From positions 64,001 through 128,000 of the forward strand of contig CAVWWD010000008.1 in NCBI GenBank assembly GCA_963758635.1: DNA of 64,000 nucleotides, in the 5' to 3' direction. Of the stretch, positions 38,769 through 50,169 are shown piece by piece. The position numbers and the translations under genes were made by a program. The stretch is from an uncultured Candidatus Rokubacteria bacterium (lineage in GTDB: Bacteria > Methylomirabilota > Methylomirabilia > Rokubacteriales > CSP1-6). Each line of letters starts with the position of its first letter. Within the stretch, counting starts at the first letter, position 1. Below the pieces are notes generated by a model. That model was not told where the DNA came from. It did no database searches and saw only the letters and a program-made list of their open reading frames with translations.

Positions 38769-39116
38769 ATGAGCCAGGACCGGCTGCTTCCCGTGCTCGT
38801 GTCGGTGGCCGTGATCGTCCTCGTGGCCGTCGTGCAGGAGCGCTCACGATACCTCGCCGCGATCCTCGCCTCGATGCCGCTCACCGCGCCGCTGGCGCTC
38901 TGGATCGTCTACTCGGCGACGAAGGGGAACCACGCGGAGACCGCCGCCTTCGCGGGCTCGATGCTCGTCGGGTTCCTGGCCAGCGTGGTGTTCATGGTGG
39001 CGTGCTGGCTGGGCCTGCGCCAGGCATGGAGCCTGCCCGCCGTCCTCGGCGTGGCCGGCCTCGCCTGGCTCGTCGCCATCGCGCTCGCCACGTGGCTGGC
39101 GCGTTGGCGGGCCTGA
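38769..39116 (+). CDS. Small 4-TM membrane protein (DUF3147-like)
   Basis: [16 protein letters not shown] motif, four hydrophobic helices. Confidence 0.75.
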   Translation: MSQDRLLPVLVSVAVIVLVAVVQERSRYLAAILASMPLTAPLALWIVYSATKGNHAETAAFAGSMLVGFLASVVFMVACWLGLRQAWSLPAVLGVAGLAWLVAIALATWLARWRA

Positions 39117-39129
39117 AGACCGGGAGGCG

Positions 39130-40290
39130 CTACTCGGCGTCGATCTTGTGGCGGGCGCCCGCCGCCCCGCGCTCGAAGCGCCGCGGGTCGAAGAGCGAGA
39201 GGTCCATCGACGGCTTGCCGTCGAGCAGCCATTCGGAGACGAGGCGGCCGGTGGCGGGCGAGTGCTGGAACCCGTGGCCGCAGAAGCCCACGGCCAGGAA
39301 GAGCCCCTCGACCCCAGGCGCCCAGCCGATGATGGCGTGCTCGTCGGGGGTGAGGGGCCGGAGCCCCGCCCAGCCGCCGGCGATGCGCGCGTCGGCCAGG
39401 ATGGGCAGCCGCTGCACCGCCTTCTCCACCACCTCGTTCACCTTGCCCCAGTCCATCGACGCCGACAGGTCGTCGCCCATGTCCTCCACGTCGCCCGGGC
39501 TCAGCAGGAGCTGCTCCATCTCCTTCCGGAAGTAGAACCCGGTGCGCCGGTCGTGGGTGAGGGGCACCGGTCCCGGGATGGCCGGGAACGGCTCGGTGAA
39601 GAAGATGTGGCGCCGGCGCGGCAGCACGGGCACGTCCACCCCGGCGAGGCGCCCCACGCGCCGCGCGAACGGGCCCGCGGCGTTCACGGCGAGCGCGGTG
39701 TCGATGCGCCCCTGGGACGTGACGACGCCGCGCAGGCGGCCGTCCTCCACGTCGAGCGCGGTCACGTCCGCGCCCTCCACGATGCGCGCCCCGAGCTCGC
39801 GGGCCCGGCGCGCGAAGCCCTGCGTGATCTCCGCGGGGCCGGCGAGGCCGTCGGTCGGTCCCCACACCGCGGCGATCAGGTCGTCCACGCGGAGGGCGGG
39901 CACGCGCGCCTTCGCGTCCTGGGGCGTGATCACGCCGACGTCGACGCCGCAGCGCCGCTGGAGCGCGATGCGCTCCTCGAAGCCGCGGAGGTCGGCCTCG
40001 TCCGAGATCAGGAACAGGTAGCCGATCCGCTGGTAGCCCGGATCGATCCCGAACTCCTCGGCGAACGACGCGAAGACCTGCTGGCTCTCCTGGGAGAAGC
40101 GGATCTCCGTCTCGGTGGAGAACTGCGTGCGGATGCCGCCCGCCGCCTTGCTCGTGGTGCCGGAGCCGACGGTCTCGCGCTCCAGCACCACCACGTCCCG
40201 CTGGCCTCGCCGCGCCAGGTGGTACGCGATCGAGCAGCCGACGACGCCTCCGCCGATCACCACCACGCTCGCCGTCCGCGGGACGTCCAC
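39130..40290 (-). CDS. FAD-dependent oxidoreductase (sarcosine oxidase beta/DadA family)
   Basis: VIGGGVVG, GTTSKAAG, WAGLRPLTPD, GFCGHGFQHSP. Confidence 0.93.
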   Translation of the reverse strand: MDVPRTASVVVIGGGVVGCSIAYHLARRGQRDVVVLERETVGSGTTSKAAGGIRTQFSTETEIRFSQESQQVFASFAEEFGIDPGYQRIGYLFLISDEADLRGFEERIALQRRCGVDVGVITPQDAKARVPALRVDDLIAAVWGPTDGLAGPAEITQGFARRARELGARIVEGADVTALDVEDGRLRGVVTSQGRIDTALAVNAAGPFARRVGRLAGVDVPVLPRRRHIFFTEPFPAIPGPVPLTHDRRTGFYFRKEMEQLLLSPGDVEDMGDDLSASMDWGKVNEVVEKAVQRLPILADARIAGGWAGLRPLTPDEHAIIGWAPGVEGLFLAVGFCGHGFQHSPATGRLVSEWLLDGKPSMDLSLFDPRRFERGAAGARHKIDAE

Positions 40291-40299
40291 GGGGTCGCC

Positions 40300-41168
40300 C
40301 TACAGCTCGATGCCGAAGTGGCGCTTGAAGCGCGCGTTGTACTCCTCGTCCGGGAGCGCGCCCATCCCCACCCACTCCTCGTCCGACATGCGCGCGCGGC
40401 CCGCCGCGATGCCCTCGGCGTCGGCGCCCACGGGGTAGCGCAGTCGCGGCGTGTCCGTCGTGATGGCGGTCAGGATCACCTCGGCCACGCCCTCCGGCGC
40501 GCCCGGGTTGCGGAAGCCGGCGGCGTAGAACTTCCCGTTGCGCCGCATGATGTGGCGGTACGGCGACGCCCGGTCGAAGTGCGTGTAGGCGGCCGAGTTC
40601 TCGAAGATCGACGTGGCGACGACGCCCGGCTCGATGATGGCGACCCGGATCCCGAACGACGCCACCTCGTGGGCGAGGGCCTCGCTCGCCGCGGCGAGGG
40701 CGTGCTTGGACGCGGAGTAGGGGATCTGGTCCGGGATGGCGAGCCGGCCGGCGATCGAGGTGACGTTGACGATGCAGCCGCTCCCGCGCTCGCGCATGCC
40801 CGGGAGCACGGCGCACCATCATGCGGATGGCGCCCCAGTAGTTGGCCTCGAACAGCATCCGGTGCTCGGCCTCGGGCACCGTCTCGAGCGGCCCGGCGCC
40901 GCCGACGCCCGCGTTGTTCACGAGGACGTCGATCGCGCCGTGGGCGTCGCGCGTGGCGGCCACCGCGCGCTCGATCGAGCCCCGCGTCCGTCACGTCCAG
41001 CTCACGCGTCTCGAGCGGCAGGCCCTCCGCCTTCGCCGCCTCGACGAGCGGCGCTGACTTGGCGAGGTTCCGCATGGTCGCGACCACGCGGTGGCCGGCG
41101 CGCGCCAGGCGGAGCGCGGTGGCGAAGCCGATGCCGGTGCTGGTCCCGGTGACGAGGCTGACGGGCAT
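40300..41168 (-). CDS. SDR family oxidoreductase (frameshifts near 40985 and 40815)
   Basis: TGTSTGIG, VNNAG, YSASK, IIEPG in three successive frames. Confidence 0.9.
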
Positions 41169-41184
41169 GGGTCGGCGCTCGGAG

Positions 41185-42411
41185 TCAGCTCCGTCCGGTG
41201 GGCACTTCGTCGAAGGCCACGTCCTTGTCCACCCGGATGTCCGCGGGCAGGCCGAGCACGCGCTCGGCCAGGATGTTGCGCAGGATCTCGTCGGTGCCGC
41301 CGGCGATGCGCGCGCCCGGCGCGGCGAGGAAGGCGTCCTGGAACGCCGCCCGCATGGGGGCCAGCGCGGGATCCGTGATCGTCCCGCCCATGTCGAGGAG
41401 GTCCATGCCGAACGCGGCGATCTCCTGGAGCTTCGACGCGCTGACGATCTTGCCGATCGAGGCCTCGGGGCCGGGCGTCTGCCCGCGGGAGAGCGCGGTC
41501 ATCGTCCGGAAGCGCGTGTAACGGAGCCCCTGCTGGCGGACGTACCAGTCGGCGAGGCGCTCGCGCACGGAGGCGTTGGCCATCGCGGGGCCGTCCTCCA
41601 GCGTGACGGCGCGGGCCAGCGCGAAGGCCTCGTCGAAGTCGGGCCCGGCCACGTCCCCGACGGCGAGGCGCTCGTTCATGAGCGTGGTGATCGACACGCC
41701 CCAGCCGTGGCCCACCGCGCCCAGGCGCTGCGTGTCGGGCACGCGCACGTCGGTGAAGTACACCTCGTTGAAGTTCGAGGCGCCCGACACCTGCTTGATG
41801 CGGCGCACCTCGATGCCCGGCGAGCGCATGTCGAGGAAGAAGAACGTCAGCCCCTTGTGCTTGGGCGCCTTCGGGTCGCTCCGGGTCACGATGATGCCCC
41901 AGTCCGAGAAGTGGGCGCCCGACGTCCAGATCTTCTGCCCGTTCAGGACCCACTCGTCGCCGTCCTTCACGGACCGCATGCGGAGCCCGGCGAGGTCGGA
42001 GCCGGCCGCGGGCTCGGAGAAGAGCTGGCACCAGATCTCCTCGCCCGACAGCGCCCTCGGGGCGAAGCGGCGCTTCTGGTCCTCGGTGGCGTAGGCCAGC
42101 ATGGTGGGGATGCACATGCCGAGGCCGATCTCGAAGTAGCCGCGCGGCGCCAGGAACCGCGACTCCTCCTGCTGGTAGATCACCTGCTGGATCGGCGAGG
42201 CGCCGCGGCCCCCGTACTCCACCGGCCACGAGAGCGCGGCGAAGCCGCCCGCCGCCTTGCGCGACTGGAAGTCCTTGGCGCGCGCGAGGCCGTCGGCCTC
42301 GCCGAAGCGCGCCTTCCACGTCTCGCCCGAAGCCGGCGCTCCGCGCTGCTCCGGCCAGGCTCGACCTCCGCGCGGAACGCCGCCGCGTCCGTCGGTGTCC
42401 TTGAAGTCCAT
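41185..42411 (-). CDS. Acyl-CoA dehydrogenase, catalytic-type subunit (copy 1)
   Basis: WCQLFSEPAAGSDLA, NGQKIWTS, FNEVYF, TTLMNER, GGTDEILRN; compensating indels near the N-terminus. Confidence 0.93.
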   Translation of the reverse strand: MDFKDTDGRGGVPRGGRAWPEQRGAPASGETWKARFGEADGLARAKDFQSRKAAGGFAALSWPVEYGGRGASPIQQVIYQQEESRFLAPRGYFEIGLGMCIPTMLAYATEDQKRRFAPRALSGEEIWCQLFSEPAAGSDLAGLRMRSVKDGDEWVLNGQKIWTSGAHFSDWGIIVTRSDPKAPKHKGLTFFFLDMRSPGIEVRRIKQVSGASNFNEVYFTDVRVPDTQRLGAVGHGWGVSITTLMNERLAVGDVAGPDFDEAFALARAVTLEDGPAMANASVRERLADWYVRQQGLRYTRFRTMTALSRGQTPGPEASIGKIVSASKLQEIAAFGMDLLDMGGTITDPALAPMRAAFQDAFLAAPGARIAGGTDEILRNILAERVLGLPADIRVDKDVAFDEVPTGRS

Positions 42412-42420
42412 CGGTGCCTG

Positions 42421-42504
42421 CCTCCCTTCCGGGGAGGCTGGTGAGGGTCGGCTGCGCAAGCTCCATGCCGTGGCCCCTCACTCACCCTCTTCCGGGGAGA
42501 GGGG
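42421..42504. repeat. Two degenerate REP-like elements between the acyl-CoA dehydrogenase genes
   Basis: CCTCCCTTCCGGGGAGGCTGGTGAGGGTCGG and CCCCTCACTCACCCTCTTCCGGGGAGAGGGG. Confidence 0.6.
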
Positions 42505-42505
42505 A

Positions 42506-43621
42506 TCATGACGTGGTGCGCGCCTCGAGCCGGCGCATCAGCTCGTCCTTCCACCGCCGCGCGCTGCCCAGGGCCAGGGCCAGGAGCTTGGCGCGGCGGT
42601 AGTACATGTGGCAGTCGAACTCCCACGTGAAGCCCATGCCGCCGTGGGTCTGGATGTTCTCCTTCGCCGCGAAATAGAAGGCCTCGGTGGCGCTGACGCG
42701 CGCCGCGGCCGCCGCCACCGGCAGCTCGGGCGCCTCCGTGGACAGCGCCCACGCGCCGTAGAACGCGTTCGAGCGCGCCAGCTCGATGCCCACGTACATG
42801 TCCACGAGCTTGTGCTTGATCGCCTGGAACGACGCGATGGGCCGGCCGAAGGCGAAGCGCCCCAGCGCGTACTCCCGCGCCATGTCGAGCGCGGCCTGGG
42901 CGCCGCCCACCTGCTCGAAGGCGAGCAGCACGGCGGCGCGATCGAAGATGCGGCCGAGGAGCGGCCAGCCGTCGCCGGGCGCGCCCAGGGGCTCGGCCGG
43001 CGCGCTGTGGAACGCGATCCGCGCGTGCGACCGCGTGGGGTCCACGGTGGCCACGGGATCGCGCGTCACGCCGGGTCCGGCCAGGTCCACCAGGAACAGG
43101 GCGGGCGCGCGGTCGGGGCCGCGGGCGGCCACCACCGCGAAGCTGGCGACGTCCCCGTCCGCCACCGGGACCTTCGTCCCGGTGATCCGGCCCGCCTGGA
43201 CCGTCGTCTCGATCTCCTCGGGACGAGGCGCCCGCGGGCCCTCGGCGAGGGCCAGGCAGCCGATGGCCTCGCCCAGCGCGAGGCGGGGCAGGTGCCGCTG
43301 GCGCTGCTCGGCGTTGCCGGCGAGCAGGATCGCCTCGGTCGCGAGGTACACGGACGAGGAAAACGGCGTCGGCGCGAGGCTCCGGCCCAGCTCCTCGGCG
43401 ATCACGCACAGCTCGAGGTGGCCCAGCCCGGCGCCGCCGTGGCTCTCCGGGATGGCCGTGCCCATCCAGCCCATCTCGGCCATGCCCCGCCAGAGCTCGG
43501 CGTCGTACGGGGCGTCGGTCTCGAGGATGCGGCGCACGCGCGCCGGCGAGGCGTGCTCGCCGAGGAACTTCCGCGCCTGGTCGCGGAGGGCCTTCTGGTC
43601 CTCGGAGAAGTCGAAGTTCAT
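42506..43621 (-). CDS. Acyl-CoA dehydrogenase, partner subunit (copy 1)
   Basis: MNFDFSEDQKALRDQARKFL, RFAFGRPIASFQAIKH, IQTHGGMGFTWE. Confidence 0.93.
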   Translation of the reverse strand: MNFDFSEDQKALRDQARKFLGEHASPARVRRILETDAPYDAELWRGMAEMGWMGTAIPESHGGAGLGHLELCVIAEELGRSLAPTPFSSSVYLATEAILLAGNAEQRQRHLPRLALGEAIGCLALAEGPRAPRPEEIETTVQAGRITGTKVPVADGDVASFAVVAARGPDRAPALFLVDLAGPGVTRDPVATVDPTRSHARIAFHSAPAEPLGAPGDGWPLLGRIFDRAAVLLAFEQVGGAQAALDMAREYALGRFAFGRPIASFQAIKHKLVDMYVGIELARSNAFYGAWALSTEAPELPVAAAAARVSATEAFYFAAKENIQTHGGMGFTWEFDCHMYYRRAKLLALALGSARRWKDELMRRLEARTTS

Positions 43622-44027
43622 CCGCGCCACCGCCGCCGCCCCCGCGACGGCGCACTCGTGGTCCTGCTCGCCGGTGCCGCCGCCGCAGCCCACGGCGCCG
43701 ATCACCCGCCCGCCGCGCGAGACCGGCACGCCGCCCGCGGTGGGCAGCGCCTCGCCCTGCAGGATGGTGGGCACCACGCTCCAGAAGCCGCCCTTGGCCA
43801 CCAGCTCGGCCGAGCTCGATGGTGGGCCGCCGGAACGCCGCCGCCGCCACCGCCTTCGCGCGCGAGGTCTCGGGCGTGAAGAACCCCGTGCCGTCGCCGC
43901 GCGCCGAGAGCACCAGCCGCCCCGCCTCGTCCACGACCGTGATCGTCATCGGCGAGCCGATGGCCTTGGCCTTGGCCTGCGCGGCCCGCAGCACCTTCTC
44001 CGCCAGCTCGAGCGTCATGTCGATCAT
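43618..44027 (-). CDS. GlcG/HbpS family heme-binding protein (frameshift near 43810)
   Basis: TITVVDEAGRL..RGDG, SRAKAVAA, GGVPV..GRVIGAVGCGGGTGEQD. Confidence 0.85.
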
Positions 44028-44132
44028 CGGGTCCCCTTTTCCACGAAACGCAGATTTCGACTCTAGCGAGCGGGCCAACCTCGCGATTCCGCGGACACGC
44101 GGCGTGCCGTCTCCTCGTTCATTGTCGTCTCC

Positions 44133-44930
44133 TCAGCGGCCCTGGAAGGACGGCGGCCGCTTCTCGACGAAGGCGCGGATGCCCTCGCGCGCGTCTTCCG
44201 TCTCCGAGCACACGTTCTGGGCGAAGGTCTCGAACTCGAGCGCGGAGCGGAGGTCCACGCCCTCGCCGTGGTAGAGGGCGCGCTTGGCGAGCCGGATCGC
44301 GAGCGGGCGGGCCCGCCGCGATCTTCCCCGCCAGCTCGCGGGCGGCCGGCATCAGCTCCTCCGGCGGGTACACCGCGCTCACGATGCCGAGGCGCAGGGC
44401 CTCCGCGGCGTCGATCATCTCCCCGGTGAAGATCATCTCGGCGGCCTTGGCCATGCCGACGAGCCGCGGCAGGAAGTACGTCCCGCCCCAGTCCACGTGG
44501 AGCCCGCGCTTCACGAAGGTCTCGCCGAAGCGGGCGGTGGTGGAGGCGAGGCGGATGTCGCAGCCGAGGGCGAGGTTCATGCCCGCGCCCGCCGCCGCCC
44601 CGTTGACCGCGGCGATGACCGGCTGCGGCGCGTCCCGCATGGCCAGGAGCACGCGGTCGCGGGACGGCGCGATCTTCTCGATGACGCCACGCAGGCGCCG
44701 CGCTCCTTCGCGTCGTGCATGGCCTTCACGTCGCCGCCCGAGCAGAAGCCCTTGCCCGCGCCGGTGATCACGATGGCGCGCACGTCCGAGTCGCCGCTGG
44801 CGCGCAGGACGGCGTCGAGGAGGTCGTCGCGCAGCGTGTCGCCGAGCGCGTTGAGCCGCTCGGGGCGGTTCAGGGTGAGCGTGGCCACCGCGTCCTTCAC
44901 CTCGTAGAGCAGGCACTTGTAGGTGGTCAT
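44133..44930 (-). CDS. Enoyl-CoA hydratase/isomerase (2 or more indels)
   Basis: [52 protein letters not shown]. Confidence 0.9.
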
Positions 44931-44962
44931 GGTCGTCGCCTCTCGATGGATGAGCGTGTGGG

Positions 44963-46116
44963 TCAGGCGATGGCGCCGGCTCGCGCGGAGCGCCGCGATC
45001 TCGTCGCCGGCGCGAAGCCCCAGTCGGCGAGCGCGGCGTCGGTGTGCTCGCCGCGGCGCGCGGGCGGGCGCTGGATGGACGGCTTGCTGCGGCGAGAAGC
45101 GCGGCGCGGGCGCGGGCTGGACGCACGCCGTCGACCTCGACGAACGTGCTCGCGCGCCGCGTTGTGCGGATGGCGCGGCGCCTCCGCCATGCTGAGCACG
45201 GGCGCGAAGCAGACGTCGGAGCCCTCCATGACCGCGCACCACTCGTCGCGCGTCTTCTGCTGGAACACCTCGGTGAGGCGCGCGCGCAGCTCGGGCCAGC
45301 GCGCCTTGTCCCGCTGCGCGGGCAGGTCCTCGCCGCTCGAGCCCGGCGCGCGCAGCAGCTCGCCGTAGAACCGCTTCTCGATGGAGCCGATGGCGACGTG
45401 CTTGCCGTCCTTCGTCTCGTACACGTCGTACCAGGGCGAGCCGGAGTCGAGGATGTTCGTCGCCGCGCTCGTCCGTCCAGATGCCCATGGCGCGGCAGCC
45501 CGAACACCGCGGCGGCGAGCGACGCCGCGCCGTCGACCATGGCCGCGTCCACGACCTGACCCTGGCCCGAGCGGCCCGCCTCGAGCAGCGCGCACACGAT
45601 GCCGAACGCGAGGTACATGCCGCCGCCGCCGAAGTCGCCGACCAGGTTGAGCGGCGGCATGGGCGTCCGCCGCGCGCGGCCGATCGAGTGGAGCACGCCG
45701 GCCAGCGCGATGTAGTTGATGTCGTGCCCGGCGGCGTGGGCCATCGGGCCCGTCCTGGCCCCAGCCCGTCATGCGGCCGTACACGAGGCGGGGATTGCGC
45801 GCCAGGCACTCGTCGGGCCCGAGGCCGAGGCGCTCCATCACGCCGGGGCGGAAGCCCTCGATGAGCGCGTCGGCCTGCGCGATGAGCCGCTTGACCGCGG
45901 CCGACGCCGCCGGGCGTCTTGAGGTCGACCGCGACGGATCGGCGCCCGCGCTCGAGCACGGAGAAGCGCGGGTCGATGGCGAGCCCGAGGTCGGCGTCGC
46001 CGACGCGGTCGACCCGCAGCACCTCGGCGCCCATGTCCGACGAGCATCATGGCGCAGAAGGGCCCGGGGCCGATGCCCGCGACCTCGACGACCTTGATGC
46101 CCGCGAGCGGTCCCAT
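44963..46116 (-). CDS. CaiB/BaiF family CoA-transferase / alpha-methylacyl-CoA racemase (many indels)
   Basis: [53 protein letters not shown]. Confidence 0.88.
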
Positions 46117-46123
46117 GGCGGCG

Positions 46124-47306
46124 CTACTTGTCCGCGGTGCGGACGGCGGCCGGCCCGCCCTTCACCTTGATGCGCTGGCCGGTGTCGGACAGGGTGTCGC
46201 CGTTCAGGCGCAGCACCTGGAGCTCGTTCTCGACCATGTTGCCGACGAGGATGGTCCGGCCGTCGGTGGAGAAGGCCGCGCCCTGCGACCAGCGGCCGAT
46301 GGGCGCCTCGGCGAGCGCGCGAGAGCCGCGTGCCGTTGACGCGGAAGAGGACGAGCTTGCCGTTGCCCGCGAAGAACGGCGACTCCTTCGGCTTGTTGCT
46401 GCCGTTCATCGACCACCACCGCGCAGAGCTTGCCGTCCGGCGAGAGCTTGACGCCCTCCGGCGTCTGGCCCACCGTGATCGTGTCGACCACGCGCGGCGG
46501 CTGCGCCTTCATGTCGATCACGCTGATCGTGTCGGCGTCGCCGCCGCCGATGCCGATGTTGGCGACCACCGCCACCGCGCCGTCCGCGCTGATGTCGAGC
46601 CCGTAGGGCCGGAGGCCGGCGCGGATGTCGCGCTTCGCCAGCTCGACCTTGGTGTCGGCGATGGTGAGGAGCGGTGAGCGTGTGGTCGCCGTCGCGCGTG
46701 ACGAGGGCCGACTTGCCGTCGGGCGCGATGGCGACGTGGCTCACGCCGGACTTCTCGTCGGCGATCGTCACCTTGCCGAGGCTGGTGAGCGTCTTGCCCT
46801 GGATGCCGAAGACCGAGACCGTGCCCTCGGACCGGTTCGCGACCAGCGCCAGCGTGCCCTTGCGGTTGATGGACAGGCCGGCCGGCGACTTGCCCGTCTC
46901 CAGCGTCGGCGATGACCCGCGGCGGCGACGCCTTCAGGTCCACCACCGAGAGCCGGTTGTCCGGCACCATCTTCTTCGGGTCGGCAGGATCGACCTTCGT
47001 CGACGACGTGATGAGGGCCAGGCTCTCGTCGGGCGTGATGGCGACGCTGAGCGGCGGCCCCACCACGCTGCCCGGCACCTCGATCTCGGCCAGCACCTTG
47101 GGCGGGAACACGCCGAGATCGATGATCGTCGCGGTGTCGGGCGCCGGGTTGGCGGGCAGCGTGTTGACGCCGTTGACGAGCACCGCCTTGTTGTCGTTCG
47201 ACGATACCGCGATCTGCGCGTCGATGGGGCCAGCGAGCGCGAGCGCGGCGAGGAGCGCCGCGGGGACGAGGGACAAACGCCGCGAGGTGGTCGGATGAGG
47301 TGTCAT
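46124..47306 (-). CDS. Exported YncE/YVTN-type beta-propeller protein (many indels)
   Basis: Signal peptide, repeated SVAITPDES / HVAIAPDGK / GVKLSPDGK / AFSTDGR blades. Confidence 0.82.
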
Positions 47307-47448
47307 GGCTGTATCCTCCTGGAGGCCTCGTTGCGTCCGAAGAACCCGAGCCGGCGTGCTCTCGGCGAGGGGGACGCCCCGATGGTACACGAAGGCCCCC
47401 TGAGCGGGTAGCCTCATGAGATCGGGGGAGCCCCAAGAGGAGATGGAC

Positions 47449-48562
47449 ATGGTCATCGGCGTGCCGCGCGAGATCAAGCCGGGAGAGCAGCGCGTCGCCG
47501 CGACGCCGGCGGGCGTGCACGCGCTCGTGGAGGCCGGGCACCGGGTGCTCGTCGAGCGAGGAGCGGGCAGCGGCAGCGGCATCCGCGACGACGAGTACAC
47601 GAAGATCGGCGCGCAGCCTCGGGTCGGTCGACGAGGTCTGGTCGGCCGCCGACATGATCCTCAAGGTGAAGGAGCCGATCCCCGAGGAGTACCCGCGGTT
47701 CCGTCGCGGGCAGATCGTGTTCACGTACCTGCACCTCGCCGCGGTGCCGGAGCTGACCGCCGCGCTCCGGCGAGCCGAGGTCATCGCCGTCGCGTACGAG
47801 ACGGTGCAGCGGCCGGACGGCAGCCTCCCGCTCCTCACGCCGATGAGCGAGGTGGCCGGCCGCCTCGCCGTCCTCGAGGGCGCGCACCATCTGGGCCGGG
47901 CGTTCGGCGGCCGCGGCATCCTGCTCTCCGGCGTGTCCCGGCGTGCCGACGGGCAACGTGGTGATCATCGGCGGCGGCACGTGGGCGTCAACGCGGCGCG
48001 CATCGCCGTCGGCCTCGGGGCGGAGGTCACCCTGCTCGACGTCAACCTGGACCGGCTCCGGCACCTCGACGACATGTTCGGCGGCCGGATCGTGACGCTC
48101 GCGTCGAACGCGTTCAACATCGCGCTGGCCCTCCAGCGCGCCGACCTCCTGGTGGGCGCGGTGCTCGTGGCGGGCGTGCGGGCGCCGCGGCTCGTCACGC
48201 GCGCGATGGTGGAGCAGATGAAGGAGGGCGCGGTGATCGTGGACGTCGCGGTCGACCAGGGCGGCTGCATCGAGACGATCCGCCCCACGACGATCGCCGA
48301 GCCGACCTACCTGGTGGGCGGCGTGGTGCACTATGGCGTCGCCAACATGCCCGCGCTCGTGCCGCGCACCTCGACCTTCGCGCTCACGAACGCCACGCTG
48401 CCGTACGTGCTCGAGCTGGCGGGGAAGGGGCCGGTCGCGGTGGCGAAGGCGCGCGGACCGCTTGCCCGGGGCTTCAACGTGTGGCGCGGCCGGATCGTGC
48501 ACCCCGCCATCGCCGACTCCGTGGGCGAGCCCGTCACGCCGCTCGACGCGGTGGCGACCTGA
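47449..48562 (+). CDS. ald: Alanine dehydrogenase (indels near 47615 and 47940)
   Basis: [56 protein letters not shown]. Confidence 0.95.
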
Positions 48563-48587
48563 TGATTTCGATGGAAAGGAGACGTCC

Positions 48588-49503
48588 ATGACCGGTAAAC
48601 CGGCCGTCAGCCTGGCCGCGGCGGCGGGCCGTCGCCAGGCCACCCTGGAGGTGGCGCAGCGCCTCGAGCGGCGAGGGTTCAGCGGGATCTACTGCCCGAG
48701 CTTCGGCGACGGGCTCGGCGCTGTGCGAGGCGCTGGCCTTCGCCACGCGCGAGATCCACTTCGGCACGAGCATCGTCAACATGTACGCCCGCCACCCGTG
48801 CGACTACGCGCAGACCGCCGCGTTCATCCACGAGGTCCGCGGCGGCCGCTTCCGCTTCGGCGTCGGCGTGAGCCACGGCCCCAACGCGGCGCGCTGCGGC
48901 GTGCAGGCGGGCAAGCCGCTCGCCGACATCCGGCGCTTCGTCGAGGAGCTGCGCGCGGGCGCGCCGCAGGCCGGCGAGCTGCCGCCGATCATGCTGGCCA
49001 CGCTGCGGCGCAAGATGGTGGCGCTGGCCGCGGAGATCGCGCAGGGCGCGGTGTGGGCCAACGCGGCGCGCTCGCACATGACGGCGTCGCTGCGCGCACC
49101 TGCCCGCGGACACGCGCGAACGACGCCGACGTTCTTCATCGGCAACATGATCCCCACCTGGTGGACGCCGATCACGCCGCCGGCGCCGCCGTGATCACCG
49201 CAAGACGCTGCGCGGCTACGTGCGGCTGCCCAACTACCAGCACTACTGGATCGAGGCGGGCTTCGAGGAGGAGATGCGCGCGATCCAGAAGGCCATCGCC
49301 GACGGAGCAGGACGACCGGATCCGCGGGCTGATGACCGACCGCTGGCTGCGACGAGGTGACGCTCTTCGGCAGCGCCGCCGAGGTCCGCGACGGCGTCGA
49401 GGCGTGGCGCGACGCCGGCGTGCGCACGCCGATCCTGGTGCCGTCCTCGACCCGCGGCGGCCAGATGGTCGCCCTCGAGGAGCTGATCCGCGCTTTCCAG
49501 TAG
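48588..49503 (+). CDS. LLM class flavin-dependent oxidoreductase (several indels)
   Basis: FGTSIVNMY, GGRFRFGVGVSH, LPNYQHYWIEAGF, LFGSAAEVRDGVEAW in successive frames; AAGGAG RBS. Confidence 0.8.
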
Positions 49504-49536
49504 AGGACGATCGGGCGCCGCCCAGAGGAGACGACG

Positions 49537-50163
49537 ATGATCGACTACGGACGATTGACGATGCCGCTCGGCGAGGCGATCTTCACCCAGCGATCGCTCC
49601 GCCGCTTCTCGCCCGCGCCCATCCCCGTGGAGGACATCCGCCTGATGATGGAGGCGGCGGTGCGGGCGCCGAACGGCGGCAACATGCAGATCGCGCGCTT
49701 CCTGGTGCTGACGGACCGCGCGCGCATCCAGGAGTTCGGGCGCCTGTACCACGAGGCGTGGTGGGCCAAGCGCCGCGACCAGAAGGGATGGACCAAGCCC
49801 TCGGACATCCCGCCCGAGGAGAAGAGCTACCAGTCGGCCGCGGGCCTCGCCGACTCCATGAAGGACGTGCCGTGCGTGGTGCTGGCGTTCGCGATGCCGC
49901 CGGGCTCGGCCGACTCGGTGATCCCGGCGGTGCAGAACCTCATGCTCGCGGCGCGCGCGCTCGGCATCGGCTCCGTGCCCACGACGCTGCATCCGCAGGT
50001 GATGGACCGCTTCACCGCCATGTTCGGGATCCCGAAGGACGTGAGATTCCACTTCTGCGTGCCCCTCGGCTATCCGCTGGACAAGTTCGGCGGCAGCCGC
50101 CGGCGCCCGACGGCCGAGACGACGTATCTGGACCGGTGGGGAGGCTCGGTGCCCTGGTCGTGA
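49537..50163 (+). CDS. Nitroreductase family protein
   Basis: QRSLRRF, RAPNGGNMQ, AVQNLMLAARALGIG, PLGYP. Confidence 0.93.
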   Translation: MIDYGRLTMPLGEAIFTQRSLRRFSPAPIPVEDIRLMMEAAVRAPNGGNMQIARFLVLTDRARIQEFGRLYHEAWWAKRRDQKGWTKPSDIPPEEKSYQSAAGLADSMKDVPCVVLAFAMPPGSADSVIPAVQNLMLAARALGIGSVPTTLHPQVMDRFTAMFGIPKDVRFHFCVPLGYPLDKFGGSRRRPTAETTYLDRWGGSVPWS

Positions 50164-50169
50164 CGCCGC

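Noticed and set aside
39148..42444. 1098-aa plus-strand ORF and many other long Arg/Ala/Gly/Pro-rich ORFs
   Set aside because: Antisense or off-frame shadows of recognisable genes; stop codons are rare at this GC content.
37419..49503. Programmed frameshifting or mass pseudogenisation
   Set aside because: No consistent slippery sites and no accompanying nonsense decay; sequencing error is simpler.
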